Source of the DNA: a virus
Virus record (IMG/VR): IMGVR_UViG_3300002038_000009
Coordinates: 1-59,401 of that record
Direction: 5' to 3' (one strand)
DNA length: 59,401 nucleotides
Every line of letters starts with the position of its first letter. Position 1 is the first letter of the stretch. Positions 25,357 to 36,322 of this stretch are shown one piece after another. The translations under genes were made by a program, and so were the position numbers. The notes below the pieces were generated by a model. The model was not told where the DNA came from and made no database searches. It worked only from the letters and a program-made list of their open reading frames with translations.

Positions 25357-28300
25357 GACTATTTCTGAGCACCTCTTACGACTAACCGGAGATAACTCCG
25401 GTTTTGTCCGTGCGGCAGATGGATCATCCTCTGCGATTAAGCGCTTGGATGAAAGCTCACGAAGAGGTCAGGCTTCTTTAGATCGGTACAACTCTTCCCT
25501 GCAAGTATCTACACGTGCTACAACAGCCTTTGCACGTGCCTTTGGAGGAATAACCATAGGGCTAGTGGCTAGGGAGTTCGTGCAAGCCGCGGACTCAATG
25601 ACCTTGTTAGAAGGTCGCTTGAAGTTGGTAACCGATGGTACTAACGATTTAATATCCACCCAACAGAATTTATTTTCTGTGGCTCAGGACTCCCGTGCGA
25701 GTCTAGAAGCCACCACCTCTTTCTATGTTCGCTTAGCACAGCGCTTAGGTGAGGCCACAACCGGATCACTCGAGTTAAGTGAGATAACCGAGTTAGTTTC
25801 CAAGTCCTTAAAAATTGGTGGTGCCACCGCTAAGGAAACCACCTCTTCCCTCCTACAACTTAGTCAGGCCCTTTCTAGCGGTCTGCTACGTGGCGATGAA
25901 TTCAGATCACTATCTGAGAATGCCGTAGGCCTGATGCAGAACATTGCTGATGGCGCTAACCTGACCCAAGCCGAATTACGAGCGCTATCAATTGAAGGAA
26001 AACTAACCACCGAGCTAATCTTGGACGCGTTAGCGAACTCAGCCCCTGAGATCCGCCGCCAATTCAATGAGATCCCCGTCACGTTTGGTGATGCCGTCCA
26101 ACGCTTACAGAACATCGCTGTTCAGGGCGTGGCGGACTTCAACCAAGAGTTTAAAGTAACAGATAAGTTAGTTGAAACTGTTGAGTTCTTAGGTAATAAC
26201 ATAGAGGGATTGACTCAATTATTTACGGCCCTCGTAGCAGTTAAAGTAGGACGTAGTATAGCAGAAACTACCGCAGCTATGCGTGCCTCGTCTGCTGCTG
26301 CACAGGCACAGTCAGCCGCCTTGATTTCAGCCGAAAGAGCCACCGTAAGGAAGGCACTTGCCGATGCCGGAGCATCGCGGGCGGCAAGAGACGATTTAAT
26401 TATACAGCAACAACGTACTCGAGCGTTAATATCGGCAGGTGGTCCACAAGCTAGGCTGATCGAACTTAAGAAAGCCGACGCAGTACTGACCACCAGTTTA
26501 GCACGCGCTAACACCCGGTTACTAACCAGTGATGTTGCTTTAGCCCAAGCTAAACGACAATTAGCTGCGGCAACAGCTACCACCACGACTGTTATGAGTC
26601 GGTTAGGAAGCGTAGTAGGTGTACTTGGCGGTCCTGTAGGCATAGCCTTACTCGCCACACAATTGGCATTCATGTTTGATGTCTTCGGTGACGGTAATGA
26701 ACAGATTGAGTTAACAACTCGTTCGTTCGAAGAGCTTAGCAACAAGACACAAGAACTAACAGAGTTAGGATTCGAAGATTTAACCCTTAGGAAACAACAA
26801 ATAGAAGAAGAGATCGCTTGGCGATCAGCAATCGACAGTACGATTGAGGGGAATCAACAGAAACTTGGCATAGCACAGGAGCTATTAAAAGTAACTGAGG
26901 AAGAGCTAGCCCAGACCAGAGAGGGACAGGAATTAGCTCTCGAAGACCTTCGTAATCAAAAAGCTGCCCTTGCCGCCGAGGAACAACGACTTAGCTCTCG
27001 GGCCCGACTGAACTCTTCTATTATTGGGCTGACAGCTAACCAAAATGAATTAGTGGCTGTTCAACGTGAGTTGAAAATAATAGAAGACCAGCTTACTGTG
27101 GCCGCAAGAGAACGGCAAGCTGCATCTGACGACAGTCTGGTAGCTTTCGTAAGCACCTTATCTGCAGAGACAGAGGGTGCCCAAATACGTAGAAAGTTGA
27201 TAGAAGGACTCGAGGACGAGGCCTCTAAGATTACTGCTAAGCGTGTTGAATTAGAGCGGTTAAAGACCTTACAGCAAGAAACCAACAATAACGATTCACT
27301 TAGTGCGGAAGGCAAGAAGGTTCTTGCCGAACAAATCAAAAAGCTTACCGAACAGATTGAAGGCCGTACTAAGAAAAGTAAGAACCAATTAGATATTGTA
27401 GAGCAACTCGAGAAAAAAGAGAGTGACTTACGTGCGGAAATAGAGAAGTTAACGTCAGCTCATCAAGCATCGGGTGAACAGGTTTCTATCTTTAGTGTGG
27501 CGCTCGAGTCAAAGCGCAAGGAATTAGAGAAACACCTCGGAATAATACCTGATGTTAGTGCAAAAGTTGAGGAACTTACAGCCAAGTATATTTCTGGCGA
27601 GATAACTGTTAAAGAATATGAGAAGGCCCTAAAACAATTAAAACTCACGCAGCAAGAGGTTGAGGCTGTACTACGAGAAAGTGGGGCCACCTATGACAAA
27701 GCCGAGGCTGCGTTAAAGAAGCTTAATCAAGCTCAGCAAGACCAGTTGGAGATACAACGGATTGCTGCTACCGAAGGCGAAGTTGCGGCTGAAGTTTATC
27801 GTGAGCTGGCTAAGGTGGCAGATGATTACGGACTTACCGTAGAAGAGCTTAAAGAAAAGTACCCGGAACTAATTGAAAAACAAGCTGAGTTCATCGAGCA
27901 GCGAGAGGGTCTGGAAGAAGTAAATAAAGCCATTGAAGATTTCAGTACCTCGCTAGCCGACGCCATCGTAGAGGGCGAGAACCTAGGTGACTTTTTCAAA
28001 GAACTATGGAAGAAGATGGTCAAGGACTTCATCGCTTCCGGTATAACCAAGTTAATTGGGTCTCTTATCAGTGGTAATGGATTTGACTTTTCTGGGTTCA
28101 CTGTTGGTGGCGGTGGCGGAGGAACAGGTGGGGCATTACTCGGAGGACTACTTAACGGTGGTCGAGGCGGTACTTCACCTAACGGCTCAGGCGGATTAAT
28201 ACAACAAGGCGGACAAGCTCTCGGCCTGACGGCAGATCAAACAACTGCAGTTATCGATGGCGCGGGCGCTGTACTGTCCTTATACAATGGGTATCAGCAG

Positions 28301-30295
28301 ATTACCAACGGTAATGAGATCGGTGGGGCCTTACAAATTGCTAATGGAGGTGTACGAGGGTACAACGCATTTCAGTCATTTACTGGTGGCCAGCAGTTAG
28401 GCGGCAACATAGTAGGCGGACTTGGAGTAGCCGGTGGACTTTACGGTATTTACGGTGGTATTCGTCAGGGCGGACTAGAAGGGTATGGTTCGGCCGCTAT
28501 CAGTGCATATCAAACATACGCGTCGTTACAAGCACTCGGATTCCTTGGTGGCGGTGTCGCCGGGGCAGGGGCAGGAACGATAGGCGCAGGCGTACTTGGT
28601 AGTGGTGTTGGCGGTGCTGGCGTGGGTGCAACTTTAACTGGTGGAGGCGGAGCTGCAATAACTGGCGGAGGTCTAGGGGCCGGAGCGGGTGGTGGTAGCG
28701 GAGCTGCAGCCGGAGCGTTAGGTACTACAGGCGCTGTCCTTGGGTACGTTGCAATTGCTGCAGCATTAGACCAAGTTCTTTTAGATGGGAAAATCGGTGA
28801 CGCCGGTTTCCGAGCCGATAGAGCTAAATACGAGGATATTAAAAACGGTGGTTTCGGGGGCTTAGCCAAAGCACTTAACCGTGACTTCACAGGGGACACA
28901 CTCAGAACTTTTGTCGGTGGTCTGATCGGACGAGGAGCCCGATCGTATGAAGAAATACTACAAGAGGATCGTCTACCAGAGTTACTTGGAATTAACGCAG
29001 GTTCCGCGTTTGGAGCCAACGGTGGATTAGGGTTTAACGGCGGTAACGCAGGTATATTCGGAGCCAACTTCGGTATCCGGGGGTCTGGGCTAACCGCCCA
29101 GTTCTTAGCCAATGGTGGCGAGAATGGTAACGGTGGTTTCTTTACAGGTGCCCAATCAAGTCTCGATGGTTTTGAAGAGGCCTTGAGGGAAGCCGGTTTT
29201 GATGGACTGATTAATAACACGGCCGGAACCCTACGGGTTTTCGATGAAGAAAAAACCATCGAAGACATCATGGCTGTGTGGCGCACATACTCTGAAGGAC
29301 TAGAAGAGAACGTGGCCGCAAGTGAGGTTTTCCGAACCGCGGTTGAAAATGGCTTGCTCGGACACGAGTCTCATGCTAAACTATTCTTCGAAAATTTCGC
29401 AGTAGGTTTTGGTCAGTCTGCTTTTGAGGCACGTGACTCACTTCTATTGATCGATTCACGCTTCGATGAATTACGTGATAACGGCATAGCCGCTACCGAC
29501 GCGCTATTCCAGTCTATCGGAGAGCACTATGGTATAGCAGTAGAGGATGCCCAGTTCTTTGTAGAGCAGACAGGTGTGAGTGTTGATCAATGGGTAGAGA
29601 ACTTTACTAACGCAAGCGATCAAAACCTAGCAGCCTTACTAGAGTTTAACGGTGATGGTGTAACTGCATTCGAGGATGCGCTACGCACTATGGACGCCGC
29701 TTCTAGTGATATGTCAGCCTCTGTGAGTGAGGACTTCCAAGGTATAGCCGGTACCGCTGCAGAGCAAGCTAGAAGGGCTGCCGACGCATTTGGTGGTAGT
29801 TTCGATACTATTACTGATGGCAGTGAGCTAGCAATCGACTCAATCGGCGCGGACTTCTCTAGTCTAACAGATAAGATACAGCAGCAAGGTACAGATGCAG
29901 CCAATGCTTATAAAGAGAGCTTACGTTCTCTAGAAGGTACTCTGAACGGCGTTAACCTAGGTACTCCTAGGGCGGGCAAAGCCAGTATTAGTGTTGAGAG
30001 CGGTGGGAATATCCGTGACCTAGGGCAGTTTAACAGCGCTCTCAGTGGTAGTGAGACTGTTACCCCCGGAGGGTTTGGGTTAGGTAGTACCTTAGATAAG
30101 CAGTACACCTTGGGTATGAACGATCAAGAATCCTTGACAGTTAACCGTAAGGGGATGATTGAACGTATAGAAAGAAAGATTGATCAACTCGATAACCAGT
30201 CACGGGGTGAATCTTCGAACGGAGACATTAAGAAATTGTTGCAAGAGGTTAGAAAACAGAATAAATATCTGGGGGCGCTAGTACGTGAACGTTAA
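25349..30295 (+). CDS. tape measure protein (1648 aa)
   Basis: Very long, with coiled-coil Ala/Glu/Gln/Leu-rich regions and a long Gly-rich hydrophobic segment. Position is after the chaperones. Confidence 0.9.
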   Translation: MTRTISEHLLRLTGDNSGFVRAADGSSSAIKRLDESSRRGQASLDRYNSSLQVSTRATTAFARAFGGITIGLVAREFVQAADSMTLLEGRLKLVTDGTNDLISTQQNLFSVAQDSRASLEATTSFYVRLAQRLGEATTGSLELSEITELVSKSLKIGGATAKETTSSLLQLSQALSSGLLRGDEFRSLSENAVGLMQNIADGANLTQAELRALSIEGKLTTELILDALANSAPEIRRQFNEIPVTFGDAVQRLQNIAVQGVADFNQEFKVTDKLVETVEFLGNNIEGLTQLFTALVAVKVGRSIAETTAAMRASSAAAQAQSAALISAERATVRKALADAGASRAARDDLIIQQQRTRALISAGGPQARLIELKKADAVLTTSLARANTRLLTSDVALAQAKRQLAAATATTTTVMSRLGSVVGVLGGPVGIALLATQLAFMFDVFGDGNEQIELTTRSFEELSNKTQELTELGFEDLTLRKQQIEEEIAWRSAIDSTIEGNQQKLGIAQELLKVTEEELAQTREGQELALEDLRNQKAALAAEEQRLSSRARLNSSIIGLTANQNELVAVQRELKIIEDQLTVAARERQAASDDSLVAFVSTLSAETEGAQIRRKLIEGLEDEASKITAKRVELERLKTLQQETNNNDSLSAEGKKVLAEQIKKLTEQIEGRTKKSKNQLDIVEQLEKKESDLRAEIEKLTSAHQASGEQVSIFSVALESKRKELEKHLGIIPDVSAKVEELTAKYISGEITVKEYEKALKQLKLTQQEVEAVLRESGATYDKAEAALKKLNQAQQDQLEIQRIAATEGEVAAEVYRELAKVADDYGLTVEELKEKYPELIEKQAEFIEQREGLEEVNKAIEDFSTSLADAIVEGENLGDFFKELWKKMVKDFIASGITKLIGSLISGNGFDFSGFTVGGGGGGTGGALLGGLLNGGRGGTSPNGSGGLIQQGGQALGLTADQTTAVIDGAGAVLSLYNGYQQITNGNEIGGALQIANGGVRGYNAFQSFTGGQQLGGNIVGGLGVAGGLYGIYGGIRQGGLEGYGSAAISAYQTYASLQALGFLGGGVAGAGAGTIGAGVLGSGVGGAGVGATLTGGGGAAITGGGLGAGAGGGSGAAAGALGTTGAVLGYVAIAAALDQVLLDGKIGDAGFRADRAKYEDIKNGGFGGLAKALNRDFTGDTLRTFVGGLIGRGARSYEEILQEDRLPELLGINAGSAFGANGGLGFNGGNAGIFGANFGIRGSGLTAQFLANGGENGNGGFFTGAQSSLDGFEEALREAGFDGLINNTAGTLRVFDEEKTIEDIMAVWRTYSEGLEENVAASEVFRTAVENGLLGHESHAKLFFENFAVGFGQSAFEARDSLLLIDSRFDELRDNGIAATDALFQSIGEHYGIAVEDAQFFVEQTGVSVDQWVENFTNASDQNLAALLEFNGDGVTAFEDALRTMDAASSDMSASVSEDFQGIAGTAAEQARRAADAFGGSFDTITDGSELAIDSIGADFSSLTDKIQQQGTDAANAYKESLRSLEGTLNGVNLGTPRAGKASISVESGGNIRDLGQFNSALSGSETVTPGGFGLGSTLDKQYTLGMNDQESLTVNRKGMIERIERKIDQLDNQSRGESSNGDIKKLLQEVRKQNKYLGALVRER

Positions 30296-33200
30296 CTCTA
30301 TATACGATGTGCTGAAGTATACCGAGCGCCCGGTACTGGCACTCGAGACACACACAAACAATACCGCTTTTCTTAGCATAGATTATTACGATAATCTAGG
30401 TGCTTTAGAATCAGAGCCTGTCGTTGTCTTGCCCAGCAATGCGGACATGGTTTTTTCTACAGGTCCTGTTTTAGGTAAGCATTACCATAAATTGTTATTG
30501 AACGAAACATCCTTGGTCTCGTCAATTCCAGAGCCGTTTAGTGGCAGTGGTGGTTCTAACAACATCGCAACCTTTAGTATTGATTATAAGGGTGCCTCCC
30601 AGAATTTGAGAGATAAGTTTTGGGACGACAGCCCTTATGTTCTTAAAGTTGGCGGACGTGTATTCTATCAAGAAGAAGGACAAACAACTTTAGACTATAG
30701 TGACTACAAGGTAATCAGTACAGGTACCTTTACATCTTTTAGTTTGGACGATAACCTAGAACTTAGTTGTGACGCCTTACCTGCGGAACTGTACAACCCC
30801 TTTCCGGTTAATACACACGACGGTGGGTTGTCTGACGGCGCCACCAAGGATTATATATTTGGCGATGTTAGAGGCCACTCTCCGAAACCCGTACAACCCG
30901 GTATATTTGATTTTCATGACGGGAAAATATCACCTAACCGGGACACCCCTATTGATTTTTGTCCTTTCGTAGCTTTCGAAGATCAGGAAATATACGGAGA
31001 CTTAGACGTCACGGGAGCTACCACAGGTCTCGTATATGATAGCACAGACCTCAACCTTGTTACCGAAAGCAACCAGAAATTAGTCTCTACGGTTCCGGTC
31101 AATATCCAGATATCAACATTTCGAAAAAATACTACCCTGCAGGCGAATAAAGATTCGTCCGGTGTGTTTAGGGTTCTGGCAGAGGATGACGCAAAGACAG
31201 ATATAGCAGCCGTGGCAAGGGATTTTAATTTTCGTAAGCAGTCAGATAAACGTGCGGTTAGCAGTGGCCGTGTAGGATGCGAGATAACTACTACCGGAGG
31301 AGCCGTACTTTATAATGCGGGAGGTGATGTAGACGGTTATTCCAATTACTGGGTTAAATTAAACGGTCGAGATAACGATACGGGCCGTGTAAAAATAAAA
31401 CTCGACCGTAAAATTAAAGGGGCCACCCTAGTTGTTAGGAGTCTTAATCAAGATCCCGGTGCTGTGGCCACCATAGATAACTGGAGTAAAGATCCTGATT
31501 CCATAACTCCCGACTACGGATTAACAGTTAACAGTGAAGTCGTCCTAAGCAATGTTTTTAGTGATACCATTGAGTTCGACTATACAGGTAATGGCTTGTT
31601 TGACTTAGGGGACGGGACTCTAACAGCCATCTGGATTAAAGAACTAGAGGCCTATACCCCTCAGGTAATGGGACTTTGTATTTCATCAGATGTACCACTT
31701 GCCGGACTGACCTTAGAGGTGTTATCTTCTAGTGGAGAAAGTATTACTAGTTTCAGTAAAGCCCCAGACATACCACTGTCTTTGTTCGATAGTGAAACGG
31801 GCGCTACACGTCGATTAGTTTGGACAGAAGTAGGCGCCGATAAATTAAACATGAATTGGTTTTCGGTAGGGGAAGAGGTTATTTTTAATCTGTCCCAATT
31901 AGTTGTTTCGTCAGGGACTTTCGGAACGTTTCTGGAAGAAGGAATAATTAGAATGATACCTGCCGCCTCATCCTCCACCGGATTTAGTACACGGATGTTG
32001 ATTAAAGACTCCCCCTCAGATACTACGGCTTACAGGAACTGTTCGTTTCGAGCACGTGTAGTGGGATTGACTCAGGTGGATGTAAGTTGGGGTTACACGC
32101 AAGGTGTTCCAGAACTGACTACTAAAGTAACTGATTCCTTCGAGGAGTATACCTTCGTGGCCGGGGATTCTGTGTCAGACGGCTACCTAGGTGGTGCTTC
32201 AGCTTCAGGCGGACTGCATTTTTTTACCACGCGAGGACTTACTCCATATGAGGTACACGTCACTGATTATCGTGAGTGGGTGGCTGATATACCGGCTAAC
32301 AATTCTTTTATAGGCACTGAGAATAAAGTACTTGATCCCCAGTCTGACGAACCTAAGTTTATTCAGGGGTTCAAGGTACCTAGTATAGAACAGTATCCTG
32401 CATTACCTAGGTCGCTTTCACTTTATGATGACCAAGGTAACCTCAAGGTTTCAGAAAAATATGGAGAGACTGTCTTTGGTAGTTTTCACGGGCAACGTGA
32501 ACTGCAATTTGATTCAGACATCTTGGTAGACAACACTATTACTAAGGTTTGGACCGACCCGCAAGGCCGGATTTATATACATGGTCCGTCAATAACGCAG
32601 GTAGAAGGGTCCTCTGTTACCGAGTTAGTTAGGCTAAGTTCTGAGGGAGAATACGATCCTACTTTTAAACCTGATGTGCTTACAACGAACCCTAGTGATG
32701 TGGGCATGTATGGGTTAAATGGAATAGGTCAACCGGGTCCCGTAACCCTCGATGATATGGTATTTGTGGGAGAGGACATCTACATTAGTGGAAACTTCGG
32801 TAGCCAAGATTTGAGCACGCGATCGAGTTTAATTAAGTTAGATGAATTTGGTCGAGTAGACACAAGTTTTGATGTGTTCTATCGATTGGCTGCGGTGGCA
32901 GGTAGTGATCTAAGTATCACACGTGATGGTGATAAGTTTTTAATCACGGGAGACTTTACCTCGTTACTTGGTAAGGATACCGATGGTGTGCTTAGACTAA
33001 ACAGTGACTTTTCAGTAGATAATACATTCACAGCAGACTTTAACAACCTAGCGGATGTGTTAAAAATCATACCGTTCGGGGATAAATACTACGTTTGTGG
33101 TTCTTTCAGTGAGCAGGGACAAATAGATGGATGGGTTATTTACCGCCTTAACAATGATGGTAGTATAGACCCTTCTTTTGATGCAGGTACTGCTAGTGAT

Positions 33201-34331
33201 GGCGACACCGCTAAGGACATGCTGTTACTTGAAGGAAATAGAATCCTGATTGTAGGGGACTGGCTAACCCTCGGAGGTATTCAAAACAGTGGCCATGCGG
33301 CATTGCTAGATTCTTCCGGCAATGTTTTACTTTCTGATCCGAATGTTAGTAGGAACGCTGCGGGAGCACCTATATCCGATGATTTTAATGGCGGGTTTAA
33401 CAAAGTATGGGAAACAGATAACGGCTACGTGGTACAAGGTTCTTTTACTGAGGCTGGTACCCGGCAATTACCGGGGCTAGCGGGTCTGGACGCAAGTTTA
33501 AAGTTGATGCCTAGTTTCGGAGAAGCCATAACAGGTGCTACAGAAGTGCAGGACGCAGCCTATCAAATTGGTGATAGGCTAATAATTGTTGGTTCTTTTA
33601 CTGATTTGAATGGGGTGCCTCGTAATAGAATAGCGAGGTTGAACGCGGACGGAACTATAAAGATTACCCCTGTAGGCGATGTGATGAAGTTAATGGTGGA
33701 TGCTGCGGCGGGCGAGGGGTTCGTGCTACCGGATTACCCTAGAACAATGCGGATTGGTAAGGCCTTTACAGAACAAAGGCCGGTTATTAGTTGGTGTGAC
33801 ACCTTGTGCTCCGAAACTGACTTTATCCGTATAATGGATCTGGACACACAAAAACTTGCCTTTAGATCTAGATACAATGGTAATCCGTCAAGTGCTGAGT
33901 TTGAAATATCGGACGCACTTATCATAAAGGACTCGATCGTTCGTGAAAGGACCTTGGCCAGACAATCTAGGTATGAGATAGAATATTTTGATGAGAACTC
34001 CGACAAACTTAGAGATCTAGATAGTGTCTCTTCTCTGATAATAAGGGAGTCCAAATTAGAACCTAAGACAATATTTTCGTCAGTGGTTGAGAAGTCTGAC
34101 GCTGAGTACTTGGCAGGTAGAATATTACGTGATGGTTCTTCTGCCAGTGAGTGGAGCTTTTCTTTAGAGGGTGATCATCATCGATTAGATCCGGGTATGG
34201 TAGGTTATGTTTTTAGTCCAGACTTACCTCAACGATTTATCTGTGAACTAACTACCGTAACTCGAAACTTAGAAACACGTAATATGGACATAGTAGCCGT
34301 ATTTTATAACAACTACAGGAGTGCGGTTTAA
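30285..34331 (+). CDS. giant distal tail/tip protein (1348 aa) with an internal beta-propeller-type repeat domain
   Basis: GTG start overlapping the tape measure stop. At least 5 repeats of the L(N/D)xxGxxDxSF...G(D/S)F(T/S) type lie between about 32570 and 33670. Confidence 0.65.
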   Translation: MNVNSIYDVLKYTERPVLALETHTNNTAFLSIDYYDNLGALESEPVVVLPSNADMVFSTGPVLGKHYHKLLLNETSLVSSIPEPFSGSGGSNNIATFSIDYKGASQNLRDKFWDDSPYVLKVGGRVFYQEEGQTTLDYSDYKVISTGTFTSFSLDDNLELSCDALPAELYNPFPVNTHDGGLSDGATKDYIFGDVRGHSPKPVQPGIFDFHDGKISPNRDTPIDFCPFVAFEDQEIYGDLDVTGATTGLVYDSTDLNLVTESNQKLVSTVPVNIQISTFRKNTTLQANKDSSGVFRVLAEDDAKTDIAAVARDFNFRKQSDKRAVSSGRVGCEITTTGGAVLYNAGGDVDGYSNYWVKLNGRDNDTGRVKIKLDRKIKGATLVVRSLNQDPGAVATIDNWSKDPDSITPDYGLTVNSEVVLSNVFSDTIEFDYTGNGLFDLGDGTLTAIWIKELEAYTPQVMGLCISSDVPLAGLTLEVLSSSGESITSFSKAPDIPLSLFDSETGATRRLVWTEVGADKLNMNWFSVGEEVIFNLSQLVVSSGTFGTFLEEGIIRMIPAASSSTGFSTRMLIKDSPSDTTAYRNCSFRARVVGLTQVDVSWGYTQGVPELTTKVTDSFEEYTFVAGDSVSDGYLGGASASGGLHFFTTRGLTPYEVHVTDYREWVADIPANNSFIGTENKVLDPQSDEPKFIQGFKVPSIEQYPALPRSLSLYDDQGNLKVSEKYGETVFGSFHGQRELQFDSDILVDNTITKVWTDPQGRIYIHGPSITQVEGSSVTELVRLSSEGEYDPTFKPDVLTTNPSDVGMYGLNGIGQPGPVTLDDMVFVGEDIYISGNFGSQDLSTRSSLIKLDEFGRVDTSFDVFYRLAAVAGSDLSITRDGDKFLITGDFTSLLGKDTDGVLRLNSDFSVDNTFTADFNNLADVLKIIPFGDKYYVCGSFSEQGQIDGWVIYRLNNDGSIDPSFDAGTASDGDTAKDMLLLEGNRILIVGDWLTLGGIQNSGHAALLDSSGNVLLSDPNVSRNAAGAPISDDFNGGFNKVWETDNGYVVQGSFTEAGTRQLPGLAGLDASLKLMPSFGEAITGATEVQDAAYQIGDRLIIVGSFTDLNGVPRNRIARLNADGTIKITPVGDVMKLMVDAAAGEGFVLPDYPRTMRIGKAFTEQRPVISWCDTLCSETDFIRIMDLDTQKLAFRSRYNGNPSSAEFEISDALIIKDSIVRERTLARQSRYEIEYFDENSDKLRDLDSVSSLIIRESKLEPKTIFSSVVEKSDAEYLAGRILRDGSSASEWSFSLEGDHHRLDPGMVGYVFSPDLPQRFICELTTVTRNLETRNMDIVAVFYNNYRSAV

Positions 34332-35122
34332 TGATTAATAGTATGCGCCTTACCAGACCTTACTTAGATGCGGCTGTGGTAGAAGAGTTTTTTGATGGGA
34401 CCGACCTGAGTACTATAGGAACTGTCTATAGAGCCTTGTCCGCAACCGAACAAAATATATTAATACCTTCGATTAATAATGTTGACTACCAGGCTTCTGG
34501 GGTGTACTCGAGATTTACTATAGTACTCCCTGAAGCCAGACCTGTAGACCGCCTTGCCATAGAGGGCGTTCCTATCGAATCAGCTCCCACAGTATCTGTG
34601 GCCGCCTTTGATGGAACTAACTTCACGAATATAGTTAGTGATCAATTATTTTTAATAGATGACGATTGCGAAACCACCAATATGATTATTAGGTTCCCAG
34701 AAAGAACCTCTGATATCGAATACAGTGTTACTTTCCAGCAACTGACTGAACAAACGCAGATGCAAAATATTTTTATAGGAACACTCGGGTGGGAACCAGA
34801 CGATAATTATAATTGGGGCTCCCAACAATTAGGAAGTCCTGTTCTGGAAGAACGCCAAACAGAAACATCCAATAGGTTCAGGGTTACCGACAGAACGCGT
34901 AGGCACACGCTGCAGTTTGACAACCAGTCAGAGACCACCGTTGAGAACTTAAATAAACTATTAACACGTAGGTTGAAAGACGGATACTGCTTATATGAAC
35001 GAGATAAAACCACTGATGAGTTATGGTTCCTCGCGTCTGTTCAGGGTACTGCGATGACTCCTCAACAAGCCTTTAATTATTCTATATCAATAACAGCGAC
35101 GGAGATTGACGAATGGCTGTAA
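34331..35122 (+). CDS. tail tip/baseplate-associated protein candidate (263 aa)
   Basis: ORF track. TAATG coupling to the previous gene. Confidence 0.6.
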   Translation: MINSMRLTRPYLDAAVVEEFFDGTDLSTIGTVYRALSATEQNILIPSINNVDYQASGVYSRFTIVLPEARPVDRLAIEGVPIESAPTVSVAAFDGTNFTNIVSDQLFLIDDDCETTNMIIRFPERTSDIEYSVTFQQLTEQTQMQNIFIGTLGWEPDDNYNWGSQQLGSPVLEERQTETSNRFRVTDRTRRHTLQFDNQSETTVENLNKLLTRRLKDGYCLYERDKTTDELWFLASVQGTAMTPQQAFNYSISITATEIDEWL

Positions 35123-35976
35123 GTATTTTAAATAGGTCTAGGCAACAATGCTCTCAGACCGCAACCGGCGTATATACCTTAGGTAGTTCGATAAATTTAT
35201 ACCAAACAATAGAGCAGGGTATCGTTGATGCCTCGGGTACGGTGGCAGAAGGGCAGGAGGCGGTTGTTATTATTCAATACGCTGATGGCTTATTCTCCGG
35301 TGACTGGACACGGGTAAGGGTTCGTTTTGAGTCTGGACAGTTGATACGCGTTGAGACCTTACGTACTCAAGTAGGTCCTATCACAGATGATTCAGACCTC
35401 GACTTCAACCAAGCACAAACATTAATTGTTTATGGTACAGTAGATCAGGCCGGTATCGATGCGACCATTACTGAAAATGTAGATGCTGCAGTGGCTGCGG
35501 CACAGCACCCCGGGCCTCAAATACTGCAGACAGGTTCTTTTCGAGGTACGGGTCAGTGGGGTTCTTATACTACTGACCACAATACTACTACGTTTACAGC
35601 CGCGACAGTGAACTCATTGGTGGTGCCTGCAACCTCTGCCACTAGCACCTTCGTTTACAGTTGCAGTGCGGGGATACTAACAGAAAGATCGGGCGTTGCC
35701 GGGTCAGGAGTCAGGTCTAGAGTGCAAATGTATCATAGAAATTCTTCGGGCACATTTATTAATAGTAGTGATTCTATCGAAGTCGGGTTCTTTAGTATGC
35801 CTAATTCAGATACAAATTTCGGGGTGCATGGGGGAGTAGCCTTAAATGATACATTATTAAGTGGGGAACGTAATCAAAATGATGAGTGGGAAATAAAACC
35901 TTACATTCGAATAGTGGACATTAATACCTTTGTGACACTTAATGATCTTTCTGTAAATTGGATGGAAATCGGATAA
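35113..35976 (+). CDS. tail fibre/receptor-binding candidate (287 aa)
   Basis: Last structural ORF before the lysis genes. Gly/Ser/Thr-rich. Confidence 0.55.
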   Translation: MAVSILNRSRQQCSQTATGVYTLGSSINLYQTIEQGIVDASGTVAEGQEAVVIIQYADGLFSGDWTRVRVRFESGQLIRVETLRTQVGPITDDSDLDFNQAQTLIVYGTVDQAGIDATITENVDAAVAAAQHPGPQILQTGSFRGTGQWGSYTTDHNTTTFTAATVNSLVVPATSATSTFVYSCSAGILTERSGVAGSGVRSRVQMYHRNSSGTFINSSDSIEVGFFSMPNSDTNFGVHGGVALNDTLLSGERNQNDEWEIKPYIRIVDINTFVTLNDLSVNWMEIG

Positions 35977-36000
35977 TATAACAAATAAAAACAATAGAGT

Positions 36001-36321
36001 GTGGAAATGGGATTAGTAGAATTAGGACTTGTGGTTCGGATCATAGCCGGAACGATAACTATTATAGCTATTGTTGGCGGCGTGGTCTTCATGGTCAGAA
36101 AAAACAAGTACGATGTGGATCAAGTAGCTAAAGAGCTTACGCGAGAAGTGGCGGAACGTGACAAAGAACTGGAGCGTGTTCATAAACGATTAGACACGCA
36201 TGAAGCGAAGATCCATGAGAGTGAAAAACAGAACGTAGGAATAATGCAGCACCTACGTGGATTGGAATCTTCTATTAGTGAGATAAAAGAAATATTGGTC
36301 AGAATGACCCCCGGAGGTTAG
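36001..36321 (+). CDS. membrane protein with one N-terminal TM helix and a coiled-coil tail (holin or holin-regulator candidate)
   Basis: LVVRIIAGTITIIAIVGGVVFMV hydrophobic helix. Start is GTG 36001 or ATG 36007. Confidence 0.55.
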   Translation: MEMGLVELGLVVRIIAGTITIIAIVGGVVFMVRKNKYDVDQVAKELTREVAERDKELERVHKRLDTHEAKIHESEKQNVGIMQHLRGLESSISEIKEILVRMTPGG

Positions 36322-36322
36322 T

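Noticed and set aside
28510-29286. 258-aa minus-strand ORF (Pro/Ala-rich) inside the tape measure gene
   Set aside because: It is antisense to the Gly/Ala-rich segment (GGN/GCN codons read as NCC/NGC). It has low-complexity Pro/Ala composition, no RBS and no operon context, so it is an artefact of the repeat composition.
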